A stretch of DNA of 64,000 nucleotides, taken from NCBI RefSeq assembly GCF_046119375.1, contig NW_027362768.1, positions 385,702,001-385,766,000 of the forward strand, given 5' to 3'. Positions 36,601 through 50,300 of this stretch are shown one piece after another (the first letter of the stretch is position 1; each line of letters opens with the position of its first letter). The notes beneath the pieces were generated by a model. The model did no database searches and had not been told where the DNA came from. It was given only the letters and a program-made list of their open reading frames with translations. The stretch comes from Phyllobates terribilis (taxonomy: Eukaryota). The translations under genes were made by a program, and so were the position numbers.

Positions 36601-39600
36601 TGTAACTCAGGATCAGTAATGTAATGTATGTACATAGTGAGTGCAGCTCTGGAGTATAATACAGGATGTAACTCGGGATCAGTAATGTAATGTATGTACA
36701 CAGTGACTGCACCAGCAGAATAGTGAGTGCAGCTCTGGGGTATAATACAGGATCAGTAATATCTGTACACAGTGACTACACCAGCAGAATAGTGAGTGCA
36801 GCTCTGGAGTATAATACAGGAGGTAACTCAGGATCAGTAATGTCTGTACACAGTGACTACACCAGCAGAATAGTGAGTGCAGCTCTGGAGTATAATACAG
36901 GATATAACTCAGGATCAGTAATGTAATGTATGTACACAGTGACTGCACCAGCAGAATAGGGAGTGCAGCTCTGCAGTATAATACAGGATGTAACTCCGGA
37001 TCAGTAATGTAATGTATGTACACAGTGACTGCACCAGCAGAATAGTGAGTGCAGCTCTGGAGTATAATACAGAAGGTAACTCAGGATCAGTAATGTATGT
37101 ACACAGTGACTGCACCAGCAGAATAGTGAGTGCAGCTCTGGAGGATAATACAGGATGTAACTCAGGATCAGTAATGTAATGTATGTACACAGTGACTGCA
37201 CCAGCAGAATAGTGAGTGCAGCTCTGGAGAATAATACAGGAGGTAACTCAGGATCAATAATGTATGTACACAGTGACTGCACCAGCAGAATAGTGAGTGC
37301 AGCTCTGGAGTATAATACAGGAGGTAACTCAGGATCAGTAATGTATGTACACAGTGACTGCATCAGCAGAATAGTGAGTGCAGCTCTGGAGTATAATACA
37401 GGAGGTAACTCAGGATCAGTAATGTAATGTATGTACACAGTGACTGCACCAGCAGAATAGTGAGTGCAGCTCTGGAGTATAATACAGGATGTAACTCAGG
37501 ATCAGTAATGTATGTACACAGTGACTGCACCAGCAGAATAGTGAGTGCAGCTCTGGAGGATAATACAGGATGTAACTCAGGATCAGTAATGTATGTACAC
37601 AGTGACTGCACCAGCAGAATAGTGAGTGCAGCTCTGGAGAATAATACAGGATATAACTCGGGATCAGTAATGTATGTACACAGTGACTGCACCAGCAGCA
37701 TAGTGAGTGCAGCTCTGGAGGATAATACAGGATTTAACTCAGGATAAGTAATGTATGTACACAGTGACTGCACCAGCAGAATAGTGAGTGCAGCTCTGGA
37801 GGATAATACAGGATGTAACTCAGGATCAGTAATGTAATGTATGTACACAGTGACTGCACCAGCAGAATAGTGAGTGCAGCTCTGGAGTATAATACAGGAT
37901 GTAACTCAGGATCAGTAATGTAATGTATGTACACAGTGGCTGCACCAGCAGAATAGTGAGTGCAGCTCTGGAGTACAATACAGGAGGTAACTCAGGATCA
38001 GTAATGTAATATATGTACACAGTGACTACACCAGCAGAATAGTGAGTGCAGCTCTGGAGTATAATACAGGAGGTAACTCAGGATCAGTAATGTATGTACA
38101 CAGTGATTGCACCAGCAGAATAGTGAGTGCAGCTCTGGAGGATAATACAGGATGTAATGTATGTACACAGTGACTGCACCAGCAGAATAGTGAGTGCAGC
38201 TCTGGAGGATAATACAGGATGTAACTCAGGATCAGTAATGTATGTACACAGTGACTACACCAGCAGAATAGTAAGTGCAGCTCTGGAGTATAATACAGGA
38301 TGTAACTCAGGATCAGTAATGTAATGTATGTACACAGTGACTGCACCAGCAGAATAGTGAGTGCAACTCTGCAGTATAATACAGGATGTAACTCAGGATC
38401 AGTAATGTAATGTATGTACACAGTGACTGCACCAGCAGAATAGTGAGTGCAGCTCTGGAATATAATACAGGATGTAACTCCGGATCAGTAATGTAATGTA
38501 TGTACACAGTGACTGCATCAGCAGAATAGTGAGCGCAGCTCTGGAGTATAACACAGGATGTAACTCAGGATCAGTAATGTATGTACACAGTGATTGCACC
38601 AGCAGAATAGTGAATGCAGCTCTGGAGTATAATAAAGGATGTAACTCAGGATCAGTAATGTATGGACACAGTGACTGCACCAGCAGAATAGTGAGTGCAG
38701 CTCTGGAGGATAATACAGGATGTAACTCAGGATCAGTAATGTATGGACACAGTGACTGCACCAGCAGAATAGTGAGTGCAGCTCTGGAGGATAATACAGG
38801 ATGTAACTCAGGATAAGTAATGTATGTACACAGTGACTGCACCAGCAGAATAGTGAGTGCAGCTCTGGAGGATAATACAGGATGTAACTCAGGATAAGTA
38901 ATGTACGTACACAGTGACTGCACCAGCAGAATAGTGAGTGCAGCTCTGGAGTATAATACAGGAGGTAACTCAGGATCAGTAATGTAATGTACACAGTGAC
39001 TGCATCAGCAGAATAGTGAGCGCAGCTCTGGAGTATAATACAGGATGTAACTCCGGATCAGTAATGTAATGTATGTACACAGTGACTGCACCAGCAGAAT
39101 AGTGAGTGCAGCTCTGGGGTATAATACAGGATCAGTAATGTGTGTACACAGTGACTACACCAGCAGAATAGTGAGTGCAGCTCTGGAGTATAATACAGGA
39201 TGTTACTCAGGATCAGTAATGTAATGTATGTACATAGTGACTACACCAGCAGAATAGTGAGTGCAGCTCTGGAGTATAATACAGGAGGTAACTCAGGATC
39301 AGTAATGTATGTACACAGTGATTGCACCAGCAGAATAGTGAGTGCAGCTCTGGAGTATAATACAGGATGTAACTCAGGATCAGTAATGTAATGTATGTAC
39401 ACAGTGATTGCACCAGCAGAATAGTGAGTGCAGCTCTGGAGTATAATACAGGATGTAACTCAGGATCAGTAATGTAATGTATGTACACAGTGACTGCACC
39501 AGCAGAATAGTGAGTGCAGCTCTGGAGGATAATACAGGATGTAACTCAGGATCAGTAATGTATGTACACAGTGACTGCACCAGCAGCGTAGTGAGTGCAG

Positions 39601-42570
39601 CTCTGGAGTATAATACAGGATGTAACTCAGGATCAGTGATGTAATGTATGTACATAGTGACTACACCAGCAGAATAGTGAGTGCAGCTCTGGAGTATAAT
39701 ACAGGAGGTAACTCAGGATCAGTAATGTAATGTAATGTATGTACACAGTGACTGCACCAGCAGAATAGTGAGCGCAGCTCTGGAGTATAATACAGGATAT
39801 AACTCAGGATCAGTAATGTATGTACACAGTGATTGCACCAGCAGAATAGTGAGTGCAGCTCTGCAGTATAATACAGGATGTAACTCCGGATCAGTAATGT
39901 AATGTTTGCACACAGTGACTGCACCAGCAGAATAGTGAGCGCAGCTCTGGAGTATAATACAGGATATAACTCAGGATCAGTAATGTATGTACACAGTGAC
40001 TGCACCAGCAGAATAGTGAGTGCAGCTCTGGAGTATAATACAGGATGTAACTCCGGATCAGTAATGTATGTACACAGTGACTGCACCAGCAGAATAGTGA
40101 GTGCAGCTCTGGAGGATAATACAGGATGTAACTCTGGATCAGTAATGTATGTACACAGTGATTGAACCAGCAGAATAGTGAGTGCAGCTCTGGGGTATAA
40201 TACAGGATGTAACTCTGGATCAGTAATGTAATGTATGTACACAGTGATTGCACCATCAGAATAGTGAGTGCAGCTCTGGGGTATAATACAGGATGTAACT
40301 CTGGATCAGTAATGTAATGTATGTACACAGTGATTGCACCAGCAGAATAGTGAGTGCAGCTCTGGAGTATAATACAGGATGTAACTCAGGATCAGTAATG
40401 TAATGTATGTACACAGTGACTACACCAGCAGAATAGTGAGTGCAGCTCTGGGGTATAATACAGGATGTAACTCCGGATCAGTAATGTAACGTATGTACAC
40501 AGTGACTGCACCAGCAGAATAGTGAGCGCAGCTCTGGAGTATAATACAGGATGTAACTCAGGATCAGTAATGTATGTACACAGTGATTGCACCAGCAGAA
40601 TAGTGAATGCAGCTCTGGAGTATAATAAAGGATGTAACTCAGGATCAGTAATGTATGTACACAGTGACTGCACCAGCAGAATAGTGAGTGCAGCTCTGGA
40701 GGATAATACAGGATGTAACTCAGGATAAGTAATGTATGTACACAGTGACTGCACCAGCAGAATAGTGAGTGCAGCTCTGGAGTATAATACAGGAGGTAAC
40801 TCAGGATCAGTAATGTAATGTAATTTATGTACACAGTGACTGCACCAGCAGAATAGTGAGCGCAGCTCTGGAGTATAATACAGGATATAACTCAGGATCA
40901 GTAATGTATGTACACAGTGATTGCACCAGCAGAATAGTGAGTGCAGCTCTGCAGTATAATACAGGATGTAACTCCGGATCAGTAATGTAATGTTTGTACA
41001 CAGTGACTGCACCAGCAGAATAGTGAGCGCAGCTCTGGAGTATAATACAGGATGTAACTCAGGATCAGTAATGTAATGTATGTACACAGTGTTTCCACCA
41101 GCAGAATAGTGAGTGCAGCTCTGGAGTATAATACAGGAGGTAACTCAGGATCAGTAATGTAATGTAATGTATGTACACAGTGACTGCACCAGCAGAATAG
41201 TGAGTGCAGCTCTGCAGTATAATACAGGATGTAACTCCGGATCAGTAATGTAATGTATGTACACAGTGACTGCACCAGCAGAATAGTGAGTGCAGCTCTG
41301 GAGTATAATACAGGAGGTAACTCCGGATCAGTAATGTAATGTATGTACATAGTGACTACACCAGCAGAATAGTGAGTGCAGCTCTGGAGTATAATACAGG
41401 AGGTAACTCAGGATCAGTAATGTATGTACACAGTGACTGCATCAGCAGAATAGTGAGCGCAGCTCTGGAGTATAATACAGGATGTAACTCCGGATCAGTA
41501 ATGTAATGTATGTACACAGTCACTCCACCAGCAGAATAGTGAGTGCAGCTCTGGAGTATAATACAGGATGTAACTCTGGATCAGTAATGTAATGTATGTA
41601 CACAGTGACTGCACCAGCAGAATAGTGAGCGCAGCTCTGGAGTATAATACAGGATGTAACTCAGGATCAGTAATGTATGTACACAGTGATTGCACCAGCA
41701 GAATAGTGAATGCAGCTCTGGAGTATAATAAAGGATGTAACTCAGGATCAGTAATGTATGTACACAGTGATTCCACCAGCAGAATAGTGAGTGCAGCTCT
41801 GGAGTATAATACAGGATGTAACTCTGGATCAGTAATGTAATGTATGTACACAGTGACTGCACCAGCAGAATAGTGAGCGCAGCTCTGGAGTATAATACAG
41901 GATGTAACTCAGGATCAGTAATGTATGTACACAGTGATTGCACCAGCAGAATAGTGAATGCAGCTCTGGAGTATAATAAAGGATGTAACTCAGGATCAGT
42001 AATGTATGTACACAGTGACTGCACCAGCAGAATAGTGAGTGCAGCTCTGGAGGATAATACAGGATGTAACTCAGGATAAGTAATGTATGTACACAGTGAC
42101 TGCACCAGCAGAATAGTGAGTGCAGCTCTGGAGTATAATACAGGAGGTAACTCAGGATCAGTAATGTAATGTAATTTATGTACACAGTGACTGCACCAGC
42201 AGAATAGTGAGTGCTGCTCTGGAGTGTAATACAGGATGTAACTCCGGATCAGTAATGTAATGTATGTACACAGTGACTGCACCAGCAGAATAGTGAGTGC
42301 TGCTCTGGAGTGTAATACTGGATGTAACCCAGGATCAGTAATGTAATGTATGTACACAGTGACTGCACCAGCAGAATAGTGAGTGCAGCTCTGGTGTATA
42401 ATACTGGATGTAACCCAGGATCAGTTATGTATGTACACAGTGACTGCACCAGCAGAATAGTGAGTGCTCCTCTGGGGTATAATACAGGATGTAACTCAGG
42501 ATCAGTAATGTATGTACACAGTGACTGCACCAGCAGAATAATGAGTGCAGCTCCGGAGTTCAATACTGGA
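33688..42570. repeat. About 8.9-kb 81/86-bp tandem array (about 105 units) between the CYB561D2 and TMEM115 3' ends
   Basis: Continuous units differing by a tgtaa indel and recurrent point variants. Confidence 0.97.
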
Positions 42571-42744
42571 TAAATAATGCTGCTGGCTCATCTGGTTGGT
42601 GAGTTACTCTGCTACATTCTGGTCAGTTTGGAGTTTTCGGACCCCCTATCTATTGCTCCTCAGTACTATACCTATTAGACCAGCGCACACGCCCCAAGTC
42701 TTTTCCTGGGGTCAGACACACACAATTGGATAATTTTCAAAAAG

Positions 42745-42750
42745 TTTAAT
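42745..42750 (-). terminator. Candidate polyadenylation signal ATTAAA for TMEM115
   Basis: tttaat on plus, about 450 nt past the stop and just before the satellite. Confidence 0.4.
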
Positions 42751-43203
42751 CCAGACAGAAAAATATGAACATTTACATCCCCCGGACCAGAAAATGAAAA
42801 TCCTTCAAGAGGATAAAGAGCGTTCTTTCCCAAGGTCCAGCGGATCACCGCTTGCGCGGAGCAGTCTTCAGCGAGCGCCTCTGCTCGGGTCCTGTCTCCC
42901 GTTGCACAGATGTGCGGAGAGGGTCCTCTATAGTGATGGCACATCCCATATAAAAGTGCTGCCCCCCGATATTGGTAGCGTTACCGGAGGACACGGAGTA
43001 GGGGGAGGGAAGGTGCTAGGAGCGGAGCTGGCGGACGGGTCCCATGGGGCATCTGCGGGGGCCACCGTGCAAACAATGTAATAACAATAGTGATGGTGGC
43101 GGCCCCTGCAGGACGTGTAGTGTACCCATGTCCTGCTCCTCCAGGAGGTGGCACCATGCGCTGGATGGCGGCTGGCTGGTAACGGGCAGTGCCTGCAGGC
43201 GGG

Positions 43204-43396
43204 TTATACCATGGGTGCTGCCGCTGCACTCGGCTCCTGCGCGGCTGGAGGGTCCGCTTTACCACCAGCACTGCTACTGAAGGACGTCTCATGTGACGCA
43301 TCGTCGTCTTCCTCCTCTTCTTCCTCCATGCTCGGCCATGATGTCTGGTCTTCTACTCGCTTCAACCGCTCGTTTAGCGCTTTCAGCGCCAGCTGC
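43204..43396 (-). CDS. TMEM115: TMEM115 coding exon 2: (R)QLALKALNERLKRVEDQTSWPSMEEEEEEDDD...APMV*
   Basis: ctctgcag acceptor; phase fits exon 1 (AG+G); matches remembered human RQLALKALNERLKRVEDQSIWPSMDDDEEE. Confidence 0.95.
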
Positions 43397-44099
43397 CTGC
43401 AGAGGGCGAGAGGAGAAGTAAGGGGGCGATCACCCACCAGCAACAATACATACACCCCAAACAGTGGCAGCACCGGGGACAGGCACCGGACTTATACTGC
43501 AGTCACACCCAGAGCAGCAACTGCCCTGGGGTCTGATAAGTCTCAGGCTGCTGGACCTCACTGCCCGGGATGTGACAGCAGAATAGTGACCGCAGCTCTG
43601 GAGGATAAGACACGATGTAACAGCAGAGTAGTGAGTGCAGCTCTGGAGGTGATGGAGGATAAGACAAAACATAACAGCAGAATAGTGGCCGCAGCTCAGG
43701 ATGTGACTGGAGGATAGGACGTGCTGTGAGCACAATACAGGATAGTGATAGGGAAGTGTCACATTTTCAGTTTTCGACAATTCTTAGTCTCAGCGCCGAC
43801 TTTAAGGAAAGCAAAAAATCTGCACAACTTATTATATTTAAAGGGCCGGTGTCCATACTGATGTCAGTAAACATTTCATTATAAGGCTGTGTTCCCACTA
43901 TGCATTTTTTAAGCGCTTCCGCAGCGGCAATTCCACTGCAGAAACGCTTGGTACACGGTCTGCCATGTTCCCCAATGATAATCCACATGCTGTGCACATG
44001 CTGCGGAAATATCCGCTGCGGATTATCATTGCGGAAAAAAAAGCAGCACTACCAATTATTTTGCGGAAGCGCTGTGTTTTCGCCGCCATTGACTTGCAC

Positions 44100-44155
44100 T
44101 GAATCACTTAATATCCGCATGACTACAAGTGCACATGCGGATATTAAGTGATTCA
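44100..44155. repeat. Perfect 22-bp inverted repeat with a 12-nt loop
   Basis: tgaatcacttaatatccgcatg and catgcggatattaagtgattca. Confidence 0.85.
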
Positions 44156-44216
44156 ATGTGCGGATGGTACCCGAGTTTGGAGAAGAGGAGACTCATCCAG
44201 ACTCGGGTACCATAGA

Positions 44217-44221
<5 letters not shown>

Positions 44222-44295
<74 letters not shown>
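44222..44295. repeat. (TA)n/(CA)n microsatellite
   Basis: About 32 TA followed by about 5 CA. Confidence 0.97.
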
Positions 44296-44351
44296 TTATA
44301 CTCACCTTCTGATGGCCCCCGGTCTTCTCTCCGCTGCGTCTGGTCTCTTGT

Positions 44352-44471
44352 ACGGCTCGCGGTGGTGTGAAAGGACCTTCCATGACGTCATTTAGTCATG
44401 TGACAGGTCACGCGACCTGTCACATGACTAAAATACGTCATGGAAGGTCCTTTCACACCACCGCGAGCCGT
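44352..44471. repeat. 120-bp palindrome (58-bp arms, 2 mismatches, 4-nt loop) within a MITE-like insertion in the TMEM115 intron
   Basis: acggctcgcggtggtgtgaaaggaccttccatgacgt...gacaggtc-acgc-gacctgtc...acgtcatggaaggtcctttcacaccaccgcgagccgt. Confidence 0.9.
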
Positions 44472-45400
44472 TTGGCACGCTGAGTTCGCATTGTCGTCTG
44501 GTTCTACCGACTTTTCCTTGTAGTTTTATATAAACCTGAGATTCTTTTCCATGTTCCCCTGAAGAGCAGCATCCCCCACCCTGACCTCTAATAAACCCAC
44601 CAGCCTTCATGGCCGCACTAATGGGGCTGCGGGGGCTTAGAGCTTCACCAGCCACCGGCCCCTGCTTTCCAGTCCGTGCTTTCTTCTGAGGTCTTTTTGC
44701 ATCTGTCTGGGGGGGTTTACAGAGAGCCCCTCCACGTTCTCTGCCAGGGCAGGAAATGCCTCTGGGGGGCGCTGCCAAATCTTATTAATCATCCCCTGAA
44801 CGGCTTCATGCACAAGAAAAGATCATCCCGAGCGTGAAGAGGCCGCCCCAAGGCCCACCAGACACTGCAATCATCTGCCGCACTCTGCAGGGAGAGCGCC
44901 CCCCTGAGTGCGTCCAGGAAAGCTGCGTGACAACCAATATGGCCGCCACTAATGCCCCTGGGGCGCCCCCTCCATTACCTCTACTGCATCACAGACAAGC
45001 CATTCTGTACTCTGGGAAAGCCGGGTACACAGTGATGGCCGTCATGTAATTGCCAGTATTCATTACCTCTGCTCGCTGTCAGCGAATGTGAACATTACTG
45101 TTTATATCAGAAAGATGAAAAGCCGTCAGCACCTGACGCGGGAAGGAAGGCACCAGGCGAAATTCTGGAATTACCGGTCATGTCATTGCAGCTGAGGGTT
45201 TGTTACATTGTACTCTCCTACGCTGCAGCAATCTATCAGATCTGCGCTGCTCACAGACATCCTCTCCGCTGGATACATTATAACAAACCCTCAGCTGTGA
45301 GAAGCATCAGACCTGTATAACCAGGAATGTTTCCATTCATTGACAACAATCAGAAACATTGAACAGTGACGTGAAGACTACGAGAACGTTGCATCTTTAC

Positions 45401-46242
45401 CTCCTGCGTTCGGCGTCTTGGGGATCGGTGCCCGGTAAGCTGATGGTGATGGAGGACGGCGCCCCCACGTCGTATCTCTTGACGGCCCGCGGGCAGAGTC
45501 GTAGTTTCACCAAGCCGGCATGTGTGAGGGTCCCCAGAAGGGCAGCGGCGGGCTGCAGGGGCGCCGGGAAGAAGCTGGCGAAGGAGAAGTGGTCAGACAT
45601 GTCTCCCCGGCCGCGGCTGTGTCTCTGATAGAAGCGCAGGTACACCCATCCGGACAGCAGCCCCAGACTGTAGCCCACCAGCATCTGCCCCGGGATCAGC
45701 CCGGCTACCGTCAGGACTACAACCCCCAGCAGTGCCAGCTGAGGAAGGAGCCGCACCCAGCGCTGAGGCTCCACCAGCCCATCTCCAATCGTCTGTTTAT
45801 GAGCCACCAGGACGGCGCCGGCAAAAGCTGGAAAGCCGTGGACCCGGGCGGAGAACAGGAAGTGCAGGTCTGAGGTGGCAGCGTAGGCCACCAGGAAGAA
45901 GAGGGAGCTCAGGACCCCCACAGACAGACTGACCACCCCATAGAACAGGAGCAGCTCCGGGGCCCCCCACAGTGGCTCCAGCCGCCGCCCGGCCCCCAGT
46001 GTCAGCAGCAGATTGGCCAGGATGTCCCAGAGGTGCAGCTCCACCAGTCCGTGTGTCACCAGCGTCCACAGCCACAGATTGGGGGGCAGCAGCAGTCCAG
46101 GGGTGACGGCCAGAAAGTGAGCGCTGTCCACCCAGAAGGAGAGAAGGTAAAGGAGGACGACCGCCCCCCACAGGCACTTCACCAGCACGCTGCTCCCGGA
46201 CAGCGCCATCACCAGGCGGTTAGCGGGGATGGAGCGCAGCAT
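45401..46242 (-). CDS. TMEM115: TMEM115 (Golgi membrane protein, rhomboid-like superfamily) coding exon 1: MLRSIPANRLVMALSGSSVLVK...LPGTDPQDAERR(R)
   Basis: gccATG at 46242, GTAAAG donor at 45400. Hallmark peptides LEPLWGA.ELL.F, WVYLRFYQRHSRGRGDM and KRYDVGAPSSITISLPGTDPQDAERRR. Total 1035 nt, 344 aa. Confidence 0.95.
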
Positions 46243-46404
46243 GGCAGCACTGACCGGGCCACTAATGTCTAAACCAGGGGTCACCCTGTCCCCGACACCC
46301 CCAGATCCTCACACAGTCAATCGGCACAGAAGGAGGAGAGCCCCCCACAGTATGGGAACTACAACTCCAATCCTCCTGCCGGATCTGTCACTGCGTCCTC
46401 TACA

Positions 46405-46915
46405 CAGGGTCCTAAATACAGTGACCCCAAAACTTCCCCTATAAAGGGTCCTAGATACAGGGTGACCCCAAAACTGCCCCTTTAAAGGGTCCAAAATTCA
46501 GGATGACCCCAAACCTGCCCCTATAAAGGGTCCAAGATGATTAATGATGACAGAACTGCACCTAAAGAGGGTCCTAGATATAGGGTGACCCCAAAACTGC
46601 CCCTATAGAGGATCCAAGATGCAGGGTGACCCCAAAACAGCCCCTATGAAGGGTCTTAAATACAGTGACCCCAATACTGCCCCTATAGAAAGTCCTAGAT
46701 ACAGGGTGACCCGAAAACTGCCCCTATGAAGTCCTCGGCACCATGTGACCCCAAAACTGCCCCTATAGAGGATCCAAGATGCAGGGTGACCCCAAAACAG
46801 CCCCTATGAAGGGTCTTAAATACAGTGACCCCAATACTGCCCCTATAGAAAGTCCTAGATACAGGGTGACCCGAAAACTGCCCCTATGAAGTCCCCGGCA
46901 CCATGTGACCCTATA
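46405..46915. repeat. About 40-bp degenerate minisatellite (gggtgaccccaaaactgcccctatagag...) upstream of the TMEM115 ATG
   Basis: Recurrent gtgaccccaaaactgcccctata; 46587-46745 is repeated at about 46750-46910. Confidence 0.88.
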
Positions 46916-47049
46916 GAACCTGTGGGAGAAGCTGCTGCTGGCCTATAGAAAGCAAAGAGCACCTGAAGAGGGTCCAGACACAAGCTGCCTCTATGCCGCC
47001 CCCTATAGAGCCGCTCTGTGCTGTGACTTCCACTGTAGAGTCCGCACCA

Positions 47050-47340
47050 TCAACTTCCCGGTCTGGGTGTCCCCGGCAATTCCTACCCCTATTTCCGGCC
47101 CCGCCTGTGTCCCTACACTGGTCTCCTCGGTTCCGCCCCCGGTGCTCGCGCTCCGGCCGCTCTCCCGCTCCGGGTTCCGGCCTGTTCCGGGGAGGCCGCC
47201 GGACCCTAACACCCGACAACGTCACCAGCCGCGCAGCGCACAAACACACAGCACGCATGCGCCGCCACCACCGCACAGACTTCTGGGAGCTGAAGTCCTA
47301 AGGAGCGGCCATGGGGCAGTCGTGCGCATGTGCAGAGCTG
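47050..47340 (-). promoter_or_regulatory. Candidate CpG-rich promoter or 5' exon of TMEM115
   Basis: CpG-dense unique sequence with several TTCCGG (ETS) motifs and two NRF1-like motifs (cacgcatgcgc near 47252, tgcgcatgtgca near 47322). Confidence 0.5.
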
Positions 47341-50300
47341 CAGCCGCGTTCATGAGTGTCATGTGGTGATGTTGGCGCCGGTGTAGGAGAGGCCAGGAAA
47401 GAGCACAGTCAGCAGGCAGAGTGGAAACCGTGAGGAAGCCGGGTACAGGGTGATTTACAGAAAACTGGAAATCCCTTTAATGCTCAGAATCTGCCCTCTC
47501 TGGGTATGAGACATCCGGGGCGCCGGATAGATTACAGCCGGTACCCGGGTGTGCAGCACCAGCGCCTCTGCCCCTACATTGTGCTGCCCCCTGGAGGCCG
47601 GGCGCTGAGCATGGGGGTCTGAGAGGGAACCGGGACCTGCGGATCACTACACCAGAGCCCAGGAGGTCACCCCCGATGTCCCAGCCTTGTGACCGCTGCA
47701 GCCGATCAGTACTGACACCTCCATCAGATGATGTCCCTGCTGGAAGAGAACGACTGGAGACCCCACAGTGATCAATACTGGACAAACCCCTCTATATATA
47801 AGCCGTACATATATAATTATATACAGAGGATGCCCAGGTTATACCAGCCGTACATATATAATTATATACAGGAGATGCCCAGGTTATACCAGCTGTACAT
47901 ATATAATTATATACAGAGGATGCCCAGGTTATACCAGCCGTACATATATAATTATATACAGGAGATGCCCAGGTTATACCAGCTGTACATATATAATTAT
48001 ATACAGAGGATGCCCCGGTTATACCAGCCGTACATATATAATTATATACAGGAGATGCCCAGGTTATACCAGCTGTACATATATAATTATATACAGGAGA
48101 TGCCCAGGTTATACCGGCTGTACATATATAATTATATACAGGAGATGCCCAGGTTATACCAGCTGTACATATATAGTTATATACAGGAGATGCCCAGGTT
48201 ATACCAGCCGTACATATATAGTTATATACAGGAGATGCCCAGGTTATACCAGCCGTACATATATAATTATATACAGGAGATGCCCAGGTTATACCAGCTG
48301 TACATATATAATTATATACAGGAGATGCCCAGGTTATACCAGCCGTACATAGTTATATACAGGAGATGCCCAGGTTATACCAGCTGTACATATATAATCA
48401 TATACAGGAGATACCCAGGTTATACCAGCTGTACATATATAATTATATACAGGAGATGCCCAGATTATACCAGCCGTACATATATAATTATATACAGGAG
48501 ATACCCAGGTTATACCAGCTATACATATATAATTATATACAGGAGATGCCCAGGTTATACCAGCTGTACATATATAATTATATACAGGAGATGCCCAGAT
48601 TATACCAGCCGTACATATATAATTATATACAGGAGATACCCAGGTTATACCAGCTGTGCATATATAATTATATACAGGAGATACCCAGGTTATACCAGCC
48701 GTACATAGTTATATACAGGAGATGCCCAGGTTATACCAGCCGTACATATATAATTATATACAGGAGATACCCAGGTTATACCAGCCGTACATATATAATT
48801 ATATACAGGAGATGCCCAGGTTATACCAGCCGTACATATATAATTATATACAGGAGATGCCCAGGTTATACCAGCTGTACATATATAATTATATACAGGA
48901 GATGCCCAGGTTATACCAGCTGTACATATATAATTATATACAGGAGATGCCCAGATTATACCAGCCGTACATATATAATTATATACAGGAGATACCCAGG
49001 TTATACCAGCTGTACATATATAATTATATACAGGAGATACCCAGGTTATACCAGCCGTACATAGTTATATACAGGAGATGCCCAGGTTATACCAGCCGTA
49101 CATATATAATTATATACAGGAGATACCCAGGTTATACCAGCTGTACATATATAATTATATACAGGAGATACCCAGGTTATACCAGCTGTACATATATAAT
49201 TATATGCAGGAGATACCCAGGTTATACCAGCCGTACATATATAATTATATACAGGAGATACCCAGGTTATACCAGCTGTACATATATAATTATATACAGG
49301 AGAGACCCAGGTTATACCAGCCGTACATATATAATTATATACAGGAGATACCCAGGTTATACCAGCCGTACATATATAATTATATACAGGAGATACCCAG
49401 GTTATACCAGCTGTACATATATAATTATATACAGGAGATACCCAGGTTATACCAGCCGTACATATATAATTATATACAGGAGATGCCCAGGTTATACCAG
49501 CCGTACATAGTTATATACAGGAGATGCCCAGGTTATACCAGCCGTACATATATAATTATATACAGGAGATGATACCAGCCGTACATATATAATTATATAC
49601 AGGAGATGCCCAGGTTATACCAGCTGTACATATATAATTATATACAGGAGATGCCCAGGTTATACCAGCTGTACATATATAATTATATACAGGAGATGCC
49701 CAGATTATACCAGCCGTACATATATAATTATATACAGGAGATGCCCAGGTTATACCAGCCGTACAAATATAATTATATACAGGAGATACCCAGGTTATAC
49801 CAGCCGTACATATATAATTATATACAGGAGATGCCCAGGTTATACCAGCTGTACATATATAATTATATACAGGAGATGCCCAGGTTATACCAGCTGTACA
49901 TATATAATTATATACAGGAGATGCCCAGGTTATACCAGCCGTACATATATAATTATATACAGGAGATGCCCAGGTAATACCAGCTGTACATATATAATTA
50001 TATACAGGAGATGCCCAGGTAATACCAGCCGTACATATATAATTATATACAGGAAATGCCCAGGTTATACCAGCTGTACATATATAATTATATACAGGAG
50101 ATGCCCAGGTTATACCAGCTGTACATATATAATTATATACAGAAGATGCCCAGGTTATACCAGCCGTACATATATAATTATATACAGGAGATGCCCAGGT
50201 TATACCGGCTGTACATATATAATTATATACAGGAGATGCCCAGGTTATACCGGCTGTACATATATAATTATATACAGGAGATGCCCAGGTTATACCGGCT

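Noticed and set aside
33577-42573. Dozens of MYIHYITDPELHPV / MYVHSDCTSRIV ORFs
   Set aside because: Artefacts of the 81/86-bp array.
46243-46284. N-terminal extension of TMEM115 shown in the ORF track (MTPGLDISG)
   Set aside because: It starts at GTG. The first ATG, with gcc context, at 46242 aligns with the orthologue start. Likewise the track's NPRL2 start (15395, GTG) and Tc1 start (56687, TTG) are non-ATG.
47477-47785. 102-aa minus-strand ORF as a possible CACNA2D2 last exon
   Set aside because: No resemblance to the remembered alpha2delta-2 C-terminus (CFDYNATED..CGRG), and it starts at TTG.
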